NCBI RefSeq assembly: GCF_000020025.1
Contig: NC_010628.1
Span: forward strand, 1,890,001 to 1,922,000
Direction: 5' to 3'
DNA: 32,000 nucleotides
Source of the DNA: Nostoc punctiforme PCC 73102
GTDB taxonomy: Bacteria > Cyanobacteriota > Cyanobacteriia > Cyanobacteriales > Nostocaceae
The position numbers and the translations under genes were made by a program. The first letter of the stretch is position 1. The number at the start of each line of letters is the position of its first letter. Below the pieces are notes generated by a model, which had not been told where the DNA came from, ran no database searches, and saw only the letters and a list, made by a program, of their open reading frames with translations. This document shows positions 8,394 through 16,469 of this stretch, piece after piece.

Positions 8394-8414
8394 ATGAGGG
8401 GTCTGACCCCCCAC
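8394..8414 (-). promoter_or_regulatory. HetR-binding-site-like inverted repeat
   Basis: Plus strand: ATGAGGGGTCTGACCCCCCAC. In gene direction this is GTGGGGGGTCAGACCCCTCAT, versus the published Anabaena PCC 7120 hetP-promoter HetR site GCGAGGGGTCTAACCCCTCAT, quoted from memory (17 of 21 identical, same orientation). It lies 933 nt upstream of the hetP-family ATG and 493 nt upstream of ATG 7901. Confidence 0.55.
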
Positions 8415-9230
8415 ACAATCTCAATTTAAACCTTTTATTATTGTCGAGTCGCTAGAAAATACTACCATTAACTATGATGTAAAATAACTTCTAAAAATAG
8501 TAACTGCTCAACGGTAAAAAACGTTCGCAGCCATAGCCTTGAACATATTTTATTAATAAGTTCAATTAGATAATAATATTTATTATTCCGATGTTTCTTG
8601 ATTTACAAGAACTACAGATTCAACGTATCTAAATAAAATCGCTGTAAACCAATCATAAATATTTCATGATTATTAGCTATTAATAACAGCTAGGCTATAG
8701 GACTCATATTTTATTTTGAAAGCTCTTTCCTATTGCTTCTTGCCTACCACACAAGTAAGTATGTCTACGCCACGTTGCGCGAACAAAAATCGAAGCGGAT
8801 TGTTAGAGTTTTAATTATTATCGGTATCTGTAGTAAGATGCTTTGAATAAAAATCTCTAGTAGGTTAAATCTGGAAAATATTAGAAAATATAATATTGTC
8901 AATTTTATTCAACAGTGAATTCTCTATGTCTTTATCTTTAAAAAATTTCTCAATTAGAGATTACGGATGCTGCGACACTTGGGCTAAATGCTAGTAAAAC
9001 CATCAATTACCATGAGTTTGTGATGAGTACTTTGCTCAACAATAATACCTCGGTCTAGAACAAAGATATAGTCGGTATAGAGTAGTCTAGAGTTCTCACT
9101 ACTTCAACTCTTACCATTACTGAAATTTTCCTTTGCTTCCGGAAACACTCGGAAAATAAAATCACAAATTTAAACTCTGCTTTCTCAGATAAATACAGGC
9201 TAATTCTGGCAACGCATATACTATAGCGGT

Positions 9231-9426
9231 TCTCAATTGCATGGAATACAGACCTAAACCCCAGTCCCTTCTCCTTGAAGGGAAGGGGAGTAAGATTCAA
9301 AGCCTCTCTCCTGTTAAGAAAGAGGTTTGGAGAGAGGTCAAAGTGTATTGCATCCATAGACGCGTAGCGGCTACTCTTACGAAAACGCTTTCAGCGAACC
9401 CGCAGGTATGAGAACCGTTTTGATAG
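9231..9426. repeat. nested small dispersed repeats / hairpin elements
   Basis: The inner unit, 9251-9339, runs gacct...aggtc and carries the hairpins cccttctcc-ttgaa-gggaagggga and cctctctcc...ggagagagg. It is bracketed by atggaataca / tgtattgcat. That pair is in turn bracketed by cggttctca (9237-9245) / tgagaaccg (9409-9417). The architecture matches the element at 3601-3755. Confidence 0.5.
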
Positions 9427-9430
9427 CTAA

Positions 9431-11836
9431 TCAATTAATAACTAAGTAAATTCCCCAGATTGCCATTGCCCGTAAGTAGGTGCTAGCGCGAAAAGTACCA
9501 GCTGCGGTGATAGCTTCAGGGGTGCGAAATTGCAGCCCATTTTCATAAATCTGCTGTACTACAGCCTGTGTTAACCTCAACGCTTCATCTTTCATTCCCA
9601 TTTGCACAAGAAAAGCCGCTAGCCCAAAGTTTATCCCAGTCCAAACTTCTAGGGGATGAGTAGCTTTAGGGTTTTCTGGTGAACCATCAGGACGAACACC
9701 ATTCGCAGTACCAAACTCTCCATTGCAGAATTTCAAAAAGCACGCATCATAAACAGTTTTCAGGGCAGAAAGGGCGCGATCGCTCGGTACAATATCTGGT
9801 AAGTCCAATAGTCGGGCGTAGAATTGTCCGCACAACTGATCCGCCATTACCACATCGGAACCACTTTGACTATCAAGTTGGTAATATTGCCCATTCCAGA
9901 GTTTTTCTTGGTAAATAGGAAGAGATTGTTGTAACCAAGTTTCATAGATGGATTTTTGAACCGCCAAGCCGCCAAGGTCGCCAAGTTTGTGAGTTAATAA
10001 AAGATCGCTAATTGCGATCGCAGCCTCTAGCGCCGCTAACCACAATCCACCACAATAAGCACTGACACCCTGTAACCGCCAATCATCAAAGGTTTGGTCA
10101 GGCGCACCAGAATTTTCAGGAATCCCATCACCATCAAGGTCAAAGGTTTTCAAGTAGTCTAGAGTTTGAACGATCGCATTCCAACAATCTGCTAGAAATT
10201 CTACATCGTCAGCACCCGTGAGCAGAAAATCCCGGTATACTTGCAAGACAAAATCACTACCTAAATCTTTCCATAAATTGCAGTCTTGATAGCTGGTGTA
10301 ATTAGTTTTCTCCCATACGTGTTCATTTGGTGCGCCTAAATCGTGGGGTGTTGCACCTGCAACTTTGCGAACTGCAATTGGGCTTTCAGCTTTGATAGTC
10401 ATGTAATAGCCGATTATTCGGGGTGTATCATCACCTTGAGGAATCGCCCGTGCAAATGCCCGCATCACCGACTTTTCTAATTCTGGAAACAGCATTAGTA
10501 GGGCGAAAGAGCCATATAATCGCACATCTAGACTTTCATACCATCGATAATCTAGACACTCCAGCACCGCGAACTGACCGATGGGGTCAAGTTCTGATGC
10601 TGCACTCCAGAGAGTACCGCCGCTAGTGAGGTCGTAAAGCTCATTAAATAGAGCCATTTTAAACCAGTTGGGCAAATCTTCCCGGTCAAGAATGGGTTGT
10701 TGCCAAGTTTGAATTTGCGATCGCCAGGTTTGGTATTCTTGTAGGGCAGTAGATGCGATCGCCCAAGCATTATTTCCACTTCTATCAAAAAAGTCTGTAT
10801 ATCTGCGATAATAGTTGACTCCGGCGGCAAATTCCGTGATAGGCAAATCCCAAGCGAGGACAAAGGGGATTTCGAGGGTTTCGCCTGGTTGGAGAGTAAA
10901 ACGGAGTGCCATCGCAGCTCCTAACTGTTCACCTTCTCCGACTGGATTAGCATCTATATAATTGGACAAAGAACCATCTTTCGCAAAACTTTGCCACACC
11001 TCATCACCAGTTCCTTCAGCATTCCAGCGAGTGTGGTAAAATATTTCTACTTGGGGATGTTTCAATGTTGCAATACACCAAGTTCCATCTCCTTCTTGCA
11101 AAGCATCACTACCAACCCGACTTAAAAGACAGCCAAACTGTTGTGGATTTTCAACTATTTGGTTATAGTTTCCTTGACTTTCGCCCCAGCGCGGTTGGTA
11201 TTCGTAAACCGGACTACCATCATCACGCACCCGCACTTCGGGAGATTTGAGGGCATTTGTAAACCAGCCCACCATATTTTGCCAAGTGAGCATAATGCTG
11301 AGAGTAATTGGTGCATTTGTGGGGTTGTGGGCATTCCAGAGGAATATTGCTACAGGGTAGCTAGTTTCTTGATAATTACCTGCCCAAACTGGGGAAAATT
11401 GCTCACAAGTCAACTGTGCTTGGAATATATTTTCATACACAAACCAGCTACGTGGGTATAACGCGTGATAATTACCCGTCCCCTCTGTACTGGGAAGCGT
11501 TGGATACCACTGCCAAGCTTTGAGAGCGCCATCATTGGGCCCTTGGGTAGATAAAGCGTAGGCTTGGGTAGATGTGCCATTGGATTCAAATACACTGAAT
11601 TGACAAGCGGGGACGTTTTTGAAGGTATGCTCACCGCCGTCGATGTGCCACAGGTTAAAATCTCCCCGTGAAGAACGACCGATGCAACCTGCACCAAAGC
11701 CACCTAAAGGCATACCATGCCAAGGACCATCATCGATATTACTTGCGTAGCGGACAGTATAAGGTTTGTCCCAGCCTAAACCGATGGGACGGCTCCAAGT
11801 ACAAGAGGGAATTTTCGGAGAGAGTTGATTTGTCAT
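9431..11836 (-). CDS. GH116 family beta-glucosidase (GBA2-type / bile-acid beta-glucosidase-like)
   Basis: 801-aa cytosolic ORF. By recognition, its N-terminal region (GMPLGGFGAGCIGRSSRGDFNLWHIDGG) and C-terminal alpha/alpha-barrel-like half match GBA2-type glucosylceramidase homologs. No signal peptide. Confidence 0.7.
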   Translation of the reverse strand: MTNQLSPKIPSCTWSRPIGLGWDKPYTVRYASNIDDGPWHGMPLGGFGAGCIGRSSRGDFNLWHIDGGEHTFKNVPACQFSVFESNGTSTQAYALSTQGPNDGALKAWQWYPTLPSTEGTGNYHALYPRSWFVYENIFQAQLTCEQFSPVWAGNYQETSYPVAIFLWNAHNPTNAPITLSIMLTWQNMVGWFTNALKSPEVRVRDDGSPVYEYQPRWGESQGNYNQIVENPQQFGCLLSRVGSDALQEGDGTWCIATLKHPQVEIFYHTRWNAEGTGDEVWQSFAKDGSLSNYIDANPVGEGEQLGAAMALRFTLQPGETLEIPFVLAWDLPITEFAAGVNYYRRYTDFFDRSGNNAWAIASTALQEYQTWRSQIQTWQQPILDREDLPNWFKMALFNELYDLTSGGTLWSAASELDPIGQFAVLECLDYRWYESLDVRLYGSFALLMLFPELEKSVMRAFARAIPQGDDTPRIIGYYMTIKAESPIAVRKVAGATPHDLGAPNEHVWEKTNYTSYQDCNLWKDLGSDFVLQVYRDFLLTGADDVEFLADCWNAIVQTLDYLKTFDLDGDGIPENSGAPDQTFDDWRLQGVSAYCGGLWLAALEAAIAISDLLLTHKLGDLGGLAVQKSIYETWLQQSLPIYQEKLWNGQYYQLDSQSGSDVVMADQLCGQFYARLLDLPDIVPSDRALSALKTVYDACFLKFCNGEFGTANGVRPDGSPENPKATHPLEVWTGINFGLAAFLVQMGMKDEALRLTQAVVQQIYENGLQFRTPEAITAAGTFRASTYLRAMAIWGIYLVIN

Positions 11837-12086
11837 CGCCTAATGTTACAGCGTGCAGTTACGTCAATGAAGACTAGCGCGATGTGCGATTTTTCTCAAG
11901 GGGCACAAATATCAATACTTGTCGGGTTTTGGGGGAAAGGGACTCATGTTAAAGGAGAAAAACCTTATATATCAACTCTTCCACTCCTTTTACCCTTAAA
12001 CGAGCAGTATTGGTACAAATATGCCTTCTCGATTCAGTAGTCTAAGTAAGTTGGCACAATAAAATCAAACTAAGCTAAAACCCTTG

Positions 12087-12121
12087 TTGCCTATCACCTA
12101 TTGCCTATTGCCTATTGCCTT
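12087..12121. repeat. STRR-type heptamer array TTGCCTA x5 (two variant units)
   Basis: ttgccta tcaccta ttgccta ttgccta ttgcctt, in tandem. Confidence 0.8.
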
Positions 12122-12265
12122 ATCCCGCCAATTATTTACGCCCACTTACTTAGTAGCATCTGGCTCAGTTTGACAAAAATATCCCGGCAAAAATCCGAAA
12201 AGCACCAATTTCAACTTGTAGCTCAGTATATACTTACAAAATTAATATTCACTCTAGTACAGCTG

Positions 12266-12316
12266 CTACCATATCAAACAAGACTTAGAGCAAAATCCTC
12301 TTGTTTGATATGGTAG
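12266..12316. other. perfect 18-bp inverted repeat (stem-loop), function unknown
   Basis: ctaccatatcaaacaaga (12266-12283), 15-nt loop, tcttgtttgatatggtag (12299-12316). No T-run on either side. It lies 112 nt upstream of the 12428 start codon. Confidence 0.6.
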
Positions 12317-12427
12317 GCAAACTTCCACCACAGTGTATTATGAGTCTCAATAGGAATATAAAATTTTTGACTTCAAATTTGTCTATCTGTTAAATACGAA
12401 ATCATCCGCAAAATTAGGAGCGTAATT

Positions 12428-13660
12428 ATGCTACTAGAAACCAAAAACTATCGCCACAAATTAAGCCGCATTTTAATTTGTTCTTTGGGTAGTAGTTTGT
12501 TGATCGCGAGCAATGTGCTACCTATAAATGCTTTGGGGAAACCTCAACATTCTCAAGGCTTCATAATTGCTAAATCACCAGATGAGAGACAACCAGAAGC
12601 AGTAAAAAAAGGAATTGAGCAACTTCCTGCTTCTCAAGCATCAATATCTCCAAAAAAGAAAACATCTATTGAGTCGCCAATACAGCAAACTCGTCCTGTA
12701 TCTTCTAATACAGAAACTTCCCAGCCAACCTCGGACGCTTCAAATGATGACTCTACTTCTAGATCATCTAGACGTAGGACTTCTAACTCAAATTCTAATC
12801 GTTCCAATAGTAGTGCATCTAGATCGTCTGGAGTCAGGGCTTCTAATTCAAATACCAATCGTTCTAATGCTGGCTCTGGGAGACGCAAGCCAAGTTCAAA
12901 TGTAGCTAGAAGTGGCAACCAAAATATCGAACGTCCAGCAGTTTCTGCACCTGCAACACCTACTTATAAAGAGATTAACTTTGTAGATGTCGCATTGGGT
13001 ATTCTGAGTAAGAGTGACTTTCAATCTCAAGGTAGATATTTTCATTTCTATGAGTTTGAAGGTAGGGAAAATCAACTAGTTCAAATTAGGCTTGTTGGTA
13101 GTAAAGATACACGCAGATCAAATAACTTGAGTTTAAATCCTTTGTTATTTCTGCACGATCCTGATAATAATATCATCGTCAAAAAAGGCACTTTGGAAAA
13201 AAGCAGTGATGGCGATGATGCCTTCATTTTTGCGCGGTTGCCTAAGAATGGCATTTACAAAATTGCAGTTACTAGCCGAGATACAGGTGAGATCGGTCGC
13301 TATAGTTTGGCTTTGAGGAATGACAGAGCTAGCTATACCTTAGATGAAGCAGGCCAACTAAGCGCCAATAGCTCAACCTTGAAACAAAATGGAGGCGCTT
13401 ACAATGTTTCTAATTTCCAAGGAAGAAAAAATCAGCTTGTAAGTATTCGTGTAGATAGCGTTGATGAAGAATTTTCTCCTTACGTAGCTTTGCTAAATTC
13501 AAAAGGACAGACGATCGCTATAGATAAGGATAAAGATAAAGCTGGCACCTACAGCGCTTTAATTGACCGAGCTAGGTTGCCTGAAGATGACACTTACTAT
13601 ATAGTTGTCAGTTCTAAAAATCCACAGGAACGCGGTAAATATAGATTGACTATCTTCTGA
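12428..13660 (+). CDS. secreted protein with Ser/Asn/Arg-rich disordered region and two PPC-like (pre-peptidase C-terminal type) repeats
   Basis: 410 aa. N-terminal signal-like segment ILICSLGSSLLIASNVLPINALG. Low-complexity region RRRTSNSNSNRSNSSASRSSGVRASNSNTNRSNAGSGRR. Two related modules: FHFYEFEGRENQLVQIRL...GRYSLALR and YNVSNFQGRKNQLVSIRV...GKYRLTIF. Confidence 0.6.
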   Translation: MLLETKNYRHKLSRILICSLGSSLLIASNVLPINALGKPQHSQGFIIAKSPDERQPEAVKKGIEQLPASQASISPKKKTSIESPIQQTRPVSSNTETSQPTSDASNDDSTSRSSRRRTSNSNSNRSNSSASRSSGVRASNSNTNRSNAGSGRRKPSSNVARSGNQNIERPAVSAPATPTYKEINFVDVALGILSKSDFQSQGRYFHFYEFEGRENQLVQIRLVGSKDTRRSNNLSLNPLLFLHDPDNNIIVKKGTLEKSSDGDDAFIFARLPKNGIYKIAVTSRDTGEIGRYSLALRNDRASYTLDEAGQLSANSSTLKQNGGAYNVSNFQGRKNQLVSIRVDSVDEEFSPYVALLNSKGQTIAIDKDKDKAGTYSALIDRARLPEDDTYYIVVSSKNPQERGKYRLTIF

Positions 13661-13662
13661 TA

Positions 13663-13782
13663 ATTTAGGTTGCAATAGTTTTCGGTTAAGGGGGAAAGGG
13701 GAAAGGGAAAGGGTTTGAATTTCCCTTTCCCCAGACCAAAAGAGAGATATTGGGTTTAACCGAAAATTATTGATTTAGGTTG
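13663..13782. mobile_element. MITE: 100-bp element with 17-bp terminal inverted repeats and a 10-bp flanking direct duplication
   Basis: Direct repeat atttaggttg at 13663-13672 and 13773-13782. TIRs caatagttttcggttaa (13673-13689) and ttaaccgaaaattattg (13756-13772) match at 16 of 17 positions. The interior holds a G/C hairpin, ggggaaaggg...ccctttcccc. Confidence 0.7.
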
Positions 13783-13865
13783 TATAAAAACCTCTGCCTG
13801 ATTTTACTCGGCAAAATTTGTCCCTTTCCGAGCCGGAGAGGGACATTCTAGTAGGGGAGAAATTT

Positions 13866-15902
13866 TTACTGAGACAAGCGCCAAATCTTAATGGTGTTGT
13901 CTTCACTACCACTGACAAGGGTTTTACTATCAGGACTAAAGGCTACGGATGTCACGGTGTTGGTATGCCCTGTTAATGTGAGAATTTCTTCTCCTGTGGC
14001 CGAATTCCAGAGTTTGATGGCGCGATCGCGGCTACCACTGGCAATAATTTTACCATCGGCACTGAAGGCTACGGTTGTGACTGTGTTGGCGTGGCCTGCC
14101 AGTGTGCGAATTTCTTTTCCCGTCAGTAGATCCCAAAGTTTAATAGTGCGATCGCGGCTAGCACTGGCTAAAATTTTCCCATCTGGGCTAATAGCTACAG
14201 CTGTTACTGTTTGATAATTTCCCTCTAGTGTGCGGATTGAGTACCCTTTTGTCAGATTCCAGATTTTGATCGTCTTGTCAAAACTGCCACTAGCAAGAAT
14301 CACGCTATCGGGACTGATGGCTACCGATCGCACCCAGAATGTATGCCCTACCAGTGTCCGAATTTGCTCTCCTGTGGCTAAATCCCAGATTTTGATGGTG
14401 TTGTCATCACTACCACTCACCAGAGTCTCGCTATCAGCGCTGATCGCTAGGGCACGAACTGAGTCAGAATGCCCTGTAAGAGTGCGAATTTGTTTTCCTG
14501 TTGCTAAATTCCAAATTTTGATGGTGCTGTCATCACTGGCACTTACCAGAGTTTTCCCATCTGGGCTAATTACTACCGTATTCACCTGCTGAGAATAGGC
14601 ATTGAGTGAAGATATTTCTTTCCCAATTGAGAGATTCCAAAGTTTGATTATGCCATCGCCCCCACTGCTGGCAATGGTTTTACCGTCGGGGCTGATGGCG
14701 ACGGATAAAACCGAGTTTTCATGTCCTTGGAGGGTGTTAGCTAAGGAAACCTTACCCAAAGTAATCTTTGGTGGTTGACCTAAAAGCACGTCATCTTTGC
14801 CAGAATTATTATGCTGACTCAGCCTAGAAACTAAACTGGTTTGAATCCGCCGAAAATTTTTATACCAAGATTCTTGGAACCCGAACAACAGAATAAAAGC
14901 ACTTACCAAAATTAAAGTTCTCAGCAAAGGATAACTTTTTGGTAAAGATGGGGCTTGAGTTGCGGGGATTTTTCCAGATGACTTACCAGCTGGTGGTAGG
15001 GCAAGGAGTTGTTTTGGAGTTAAGTCTTTGAGAACTTCATCGGCTGACTGGTAACGTTCATGGATATCTTTTTTTAAAAGTTTGTCGATGACAAAATCCA
15101 ACTCAGTATTTAATGGACTCCGCAAATATTCCCGCCAATTACTCACCCAGGCGTACCCCGATTCCATCCACAACTGAAAGGGGGAAGTTCCCGTTAGCAG
15201 ATGAAAGCAGGTAGCGCCTAAACCGAACAAGTCACTGGCAGGGAAAGCTTTACCATCTCTAATTTGTTCTAAGGGAGAATAACCATGTGAACCAATGGAT
15301 GTGCCAGACTTGTGCTGAACTTTTGCGGTGAATTGCTTTGAGGAACCAAAATCAATCAGACTTAATCGCCCATCACTTTTATGGCGGATAATATTTTCTG
15401 GCTTGATATCCCGATGAATGACTTTGCGATCGTGGATAAATTTCAGGATGGGCAATAAATCTAGCAAAATAGATTGAATATCCCTAGCGTTATACCCCTT
15501 GCGCTGCTGCAACTCCTTTAACAAATTATCGCCATTGATAAACTGCTGCACTAAATATAGGCAGCCCTCTTGCTCAAAGTAAGCTATTAAAGTCGGAATT
15601 TGGGGATGTTCCCCAAGGTCTTGTAGTCGCTGCGCTTCTTCGGCAAACAATTCCATCGCCTTTTTTTGCGACCAAGTTCCTTGGAACTTAGGAGCTAATT
15701 GCTTGATAACACAGCGTTCATTGAGTTTATCGACATCTTCTGATAGATAGGTTCTGCCAAATCCCCCCTCATCTGAAAGGACTCGGATGACACGGAAGCG
15801 ATTTCTTAAAAGTGACACCAACGGGGTGCTACAACTTTGGCAAAACTTCTTTCCATTGGGATTCAGGGGATTTAGGCAATCGGGATTTAAGCAGCAGATC
15901 AT
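13866..15902 (-). CDS. Ser/Thr protein kinase with N-terminal 4-Cys zinc-ribbon prefix, putative TM segment and seven C-terminal WD40 repeats
   Basis: 678 aa. N-terminus: CCLNPDCLNPLNPNGKKFCQSC. Kinase motifs: CVIKQL, HRDIKPENI, DFGSSK. Hydrophobic segment LLRTLILVSAFILLFGF. Seven repeats of the GH..V.SVAISPDGK...S.D.TIKIW type. Confidence 0.9.
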   Translation of the reverse strand: MICCLNPDCLNPLNPNGKKFCQSCSTPLVSLLRNRFRVIRVLSDEGGFGRTYLSEDVDKLNERCVIKQLAPKFQGTWSQKKAMELFAEEAQRLQDLGEHPQIPTLIAYFEQEGCLYLVQQFINGDNLLKELQQRKGYNARDIQSILLDLLPILKFIHDRKVIHRDIKPENIIRHKSDGRLSLIDFGSSKQFTAKVQHKSGTSIGSHGYSPLEQIRDGKAFPASDLFGLGATCFHLLTGTSPFQLWMESGYAWVSNWREYLRSPLNTELDFVIDKLLKKDIHERYQSADEVLKDLTPKQLLALPPAGKSSGKIPATQAPSLPKSYPLLRTLILVSAFILLFGFQESWYKNFRRIQTSLVSRLSQHNNSGKDDVLLGQPPKITLGKVSLANTLQGHENSVLSVAISPDGKTIASSGGDGIIKLWNLSIGKEISSLNAYSQQVNTVVISPDGKTLVSASDDSTIKIWNLATGKQIRTLTGHSDSVRALAISADSETLVSGSDDNTIKIWDLATGEQIRTLVGHTFWVRSVAISPDSVILASGSFDKTIKIWNLTKGYSIRTLEGNYQTVTAVAISPDGKILASASRDRTIKLWDLLTGKEIRTLAGHANTVTTVAFSADGKIIASGSRDRAIKLWNSATGEEILTLTGHTNTVTSVAFSPDSKTLVSGSEDNTIKIWRLSQ

Positions 15903-16469
15903 GATCTGACAGGCGCGACTGCATTACAACTTAGGCTAAGTTTGCCCCGAACTGTCCCTTAAGAAAATTGACTCTCGCTTACTTGTGGTAGAAAACCCTG
16001 TTCTGGGGATTGGGGAATTACTTAATATAGTTAGCGTTTGTAAATAGTAGTTAGTCTTCCTCTTCTGTGGAAAACTACGAGAGCCATAAAATTAATTATT
16101 CTTCCGATTATATAATAATCTGAATAGAAATATTTCTCTAAACTGCTACCCCTAGTAATTTTGCTTGTATATTGACAAGGGAAAATTGACTAAGTATTAA
16201 GTAAAATCCTGATTAAATAACCATCACTGACGATGAAATGTAGTCGCAATGGTTACTAGATTTGTTTTTGATATTTCCAATTGCTCATGATAATTGTTAA
16301 TTTGATACTTTAGGCAATAAAAGGTTGTTTAAAAAATATTTTGCTGTGATTTTAGGCACTTTCATATCCATCTAACCCGATTTCTAATGGGTTTTAGGAG
16401 AATATACAAGTATTTGATACATCACAAATAACTTTTAAAATATCTTCTAACTTAATTTTGTAACCTTGT

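Noticed and set aside
8761-8814. 17-codon ORF MSTPRCANKNRSGLLEF in the hetP-family upstream region, considered as a PatS/PatX-like morphogen peptide
   Set aside because: It contains RSG but not the RGSGR or HRGTGR motif that defines PatS/HetN/PatX activity. It also overlaps a GC-rich patch that resembles dispersed-repeat DNA (tgcgcgaac also occurs at 375-383).
9138-9143. TCCGGA hexamer (DIF1-type heterocyst promoter motif) about 725 nt distal to the HetR-box-like site
   Set aside because: A 6-nt palindrome is expected by chance at this scale. The nearest -10-like elements are poorly spaced (TAAAAT after 13 nt on the plus strand, TAATGG after 18 nt on the minus strand). No downstream gene or terminator supports a transcript.
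9141-9160. GGAAACA ... GGAAAAT, reminiscent of the Yfr2-family sRNA motif
   Set aside because: I could find no flanking stem-loops or terminator that would give a Yfr2-like fold. A similar ggaaacggaaag occurs in the hairpin loop of the MITE-like element at 3700, so this is probably repeat-derived.
9055-9357. 100-aa ORF on the minus strand
   Set aside because: It is composed largely of the nested hairpin repeat units (9231-9426), sits in AT-rich non-coding context, and has no plausible start context.
11825-12316. ORFs 11825..12040 (+) and 12101..12316 (+)
   Set aside because: Both are intergenic. The second is built from the TTGCCTA heptamer array and the 18-bp inverted repeat. The first overlaps the GH116 start and has a low-complexity product.
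12615-12918. ORFs 12615..12905 (+) and 12634..12918 (-) within the secreted protein gene
   Set aside because: These are alternative-frame and antisense readings of the Ser/Asn/Arg-rich repetitive tract, which stays open in several frames for compositional reasons.
13891-14592. Plus-strand ORFs 13891..14214 and 14230..14592
   Set aside because: They are antisense to the WD40 repeats. Their own repetitive sequences mirror the WD40 periodicity, which is a classic shadow-ORF artefact.
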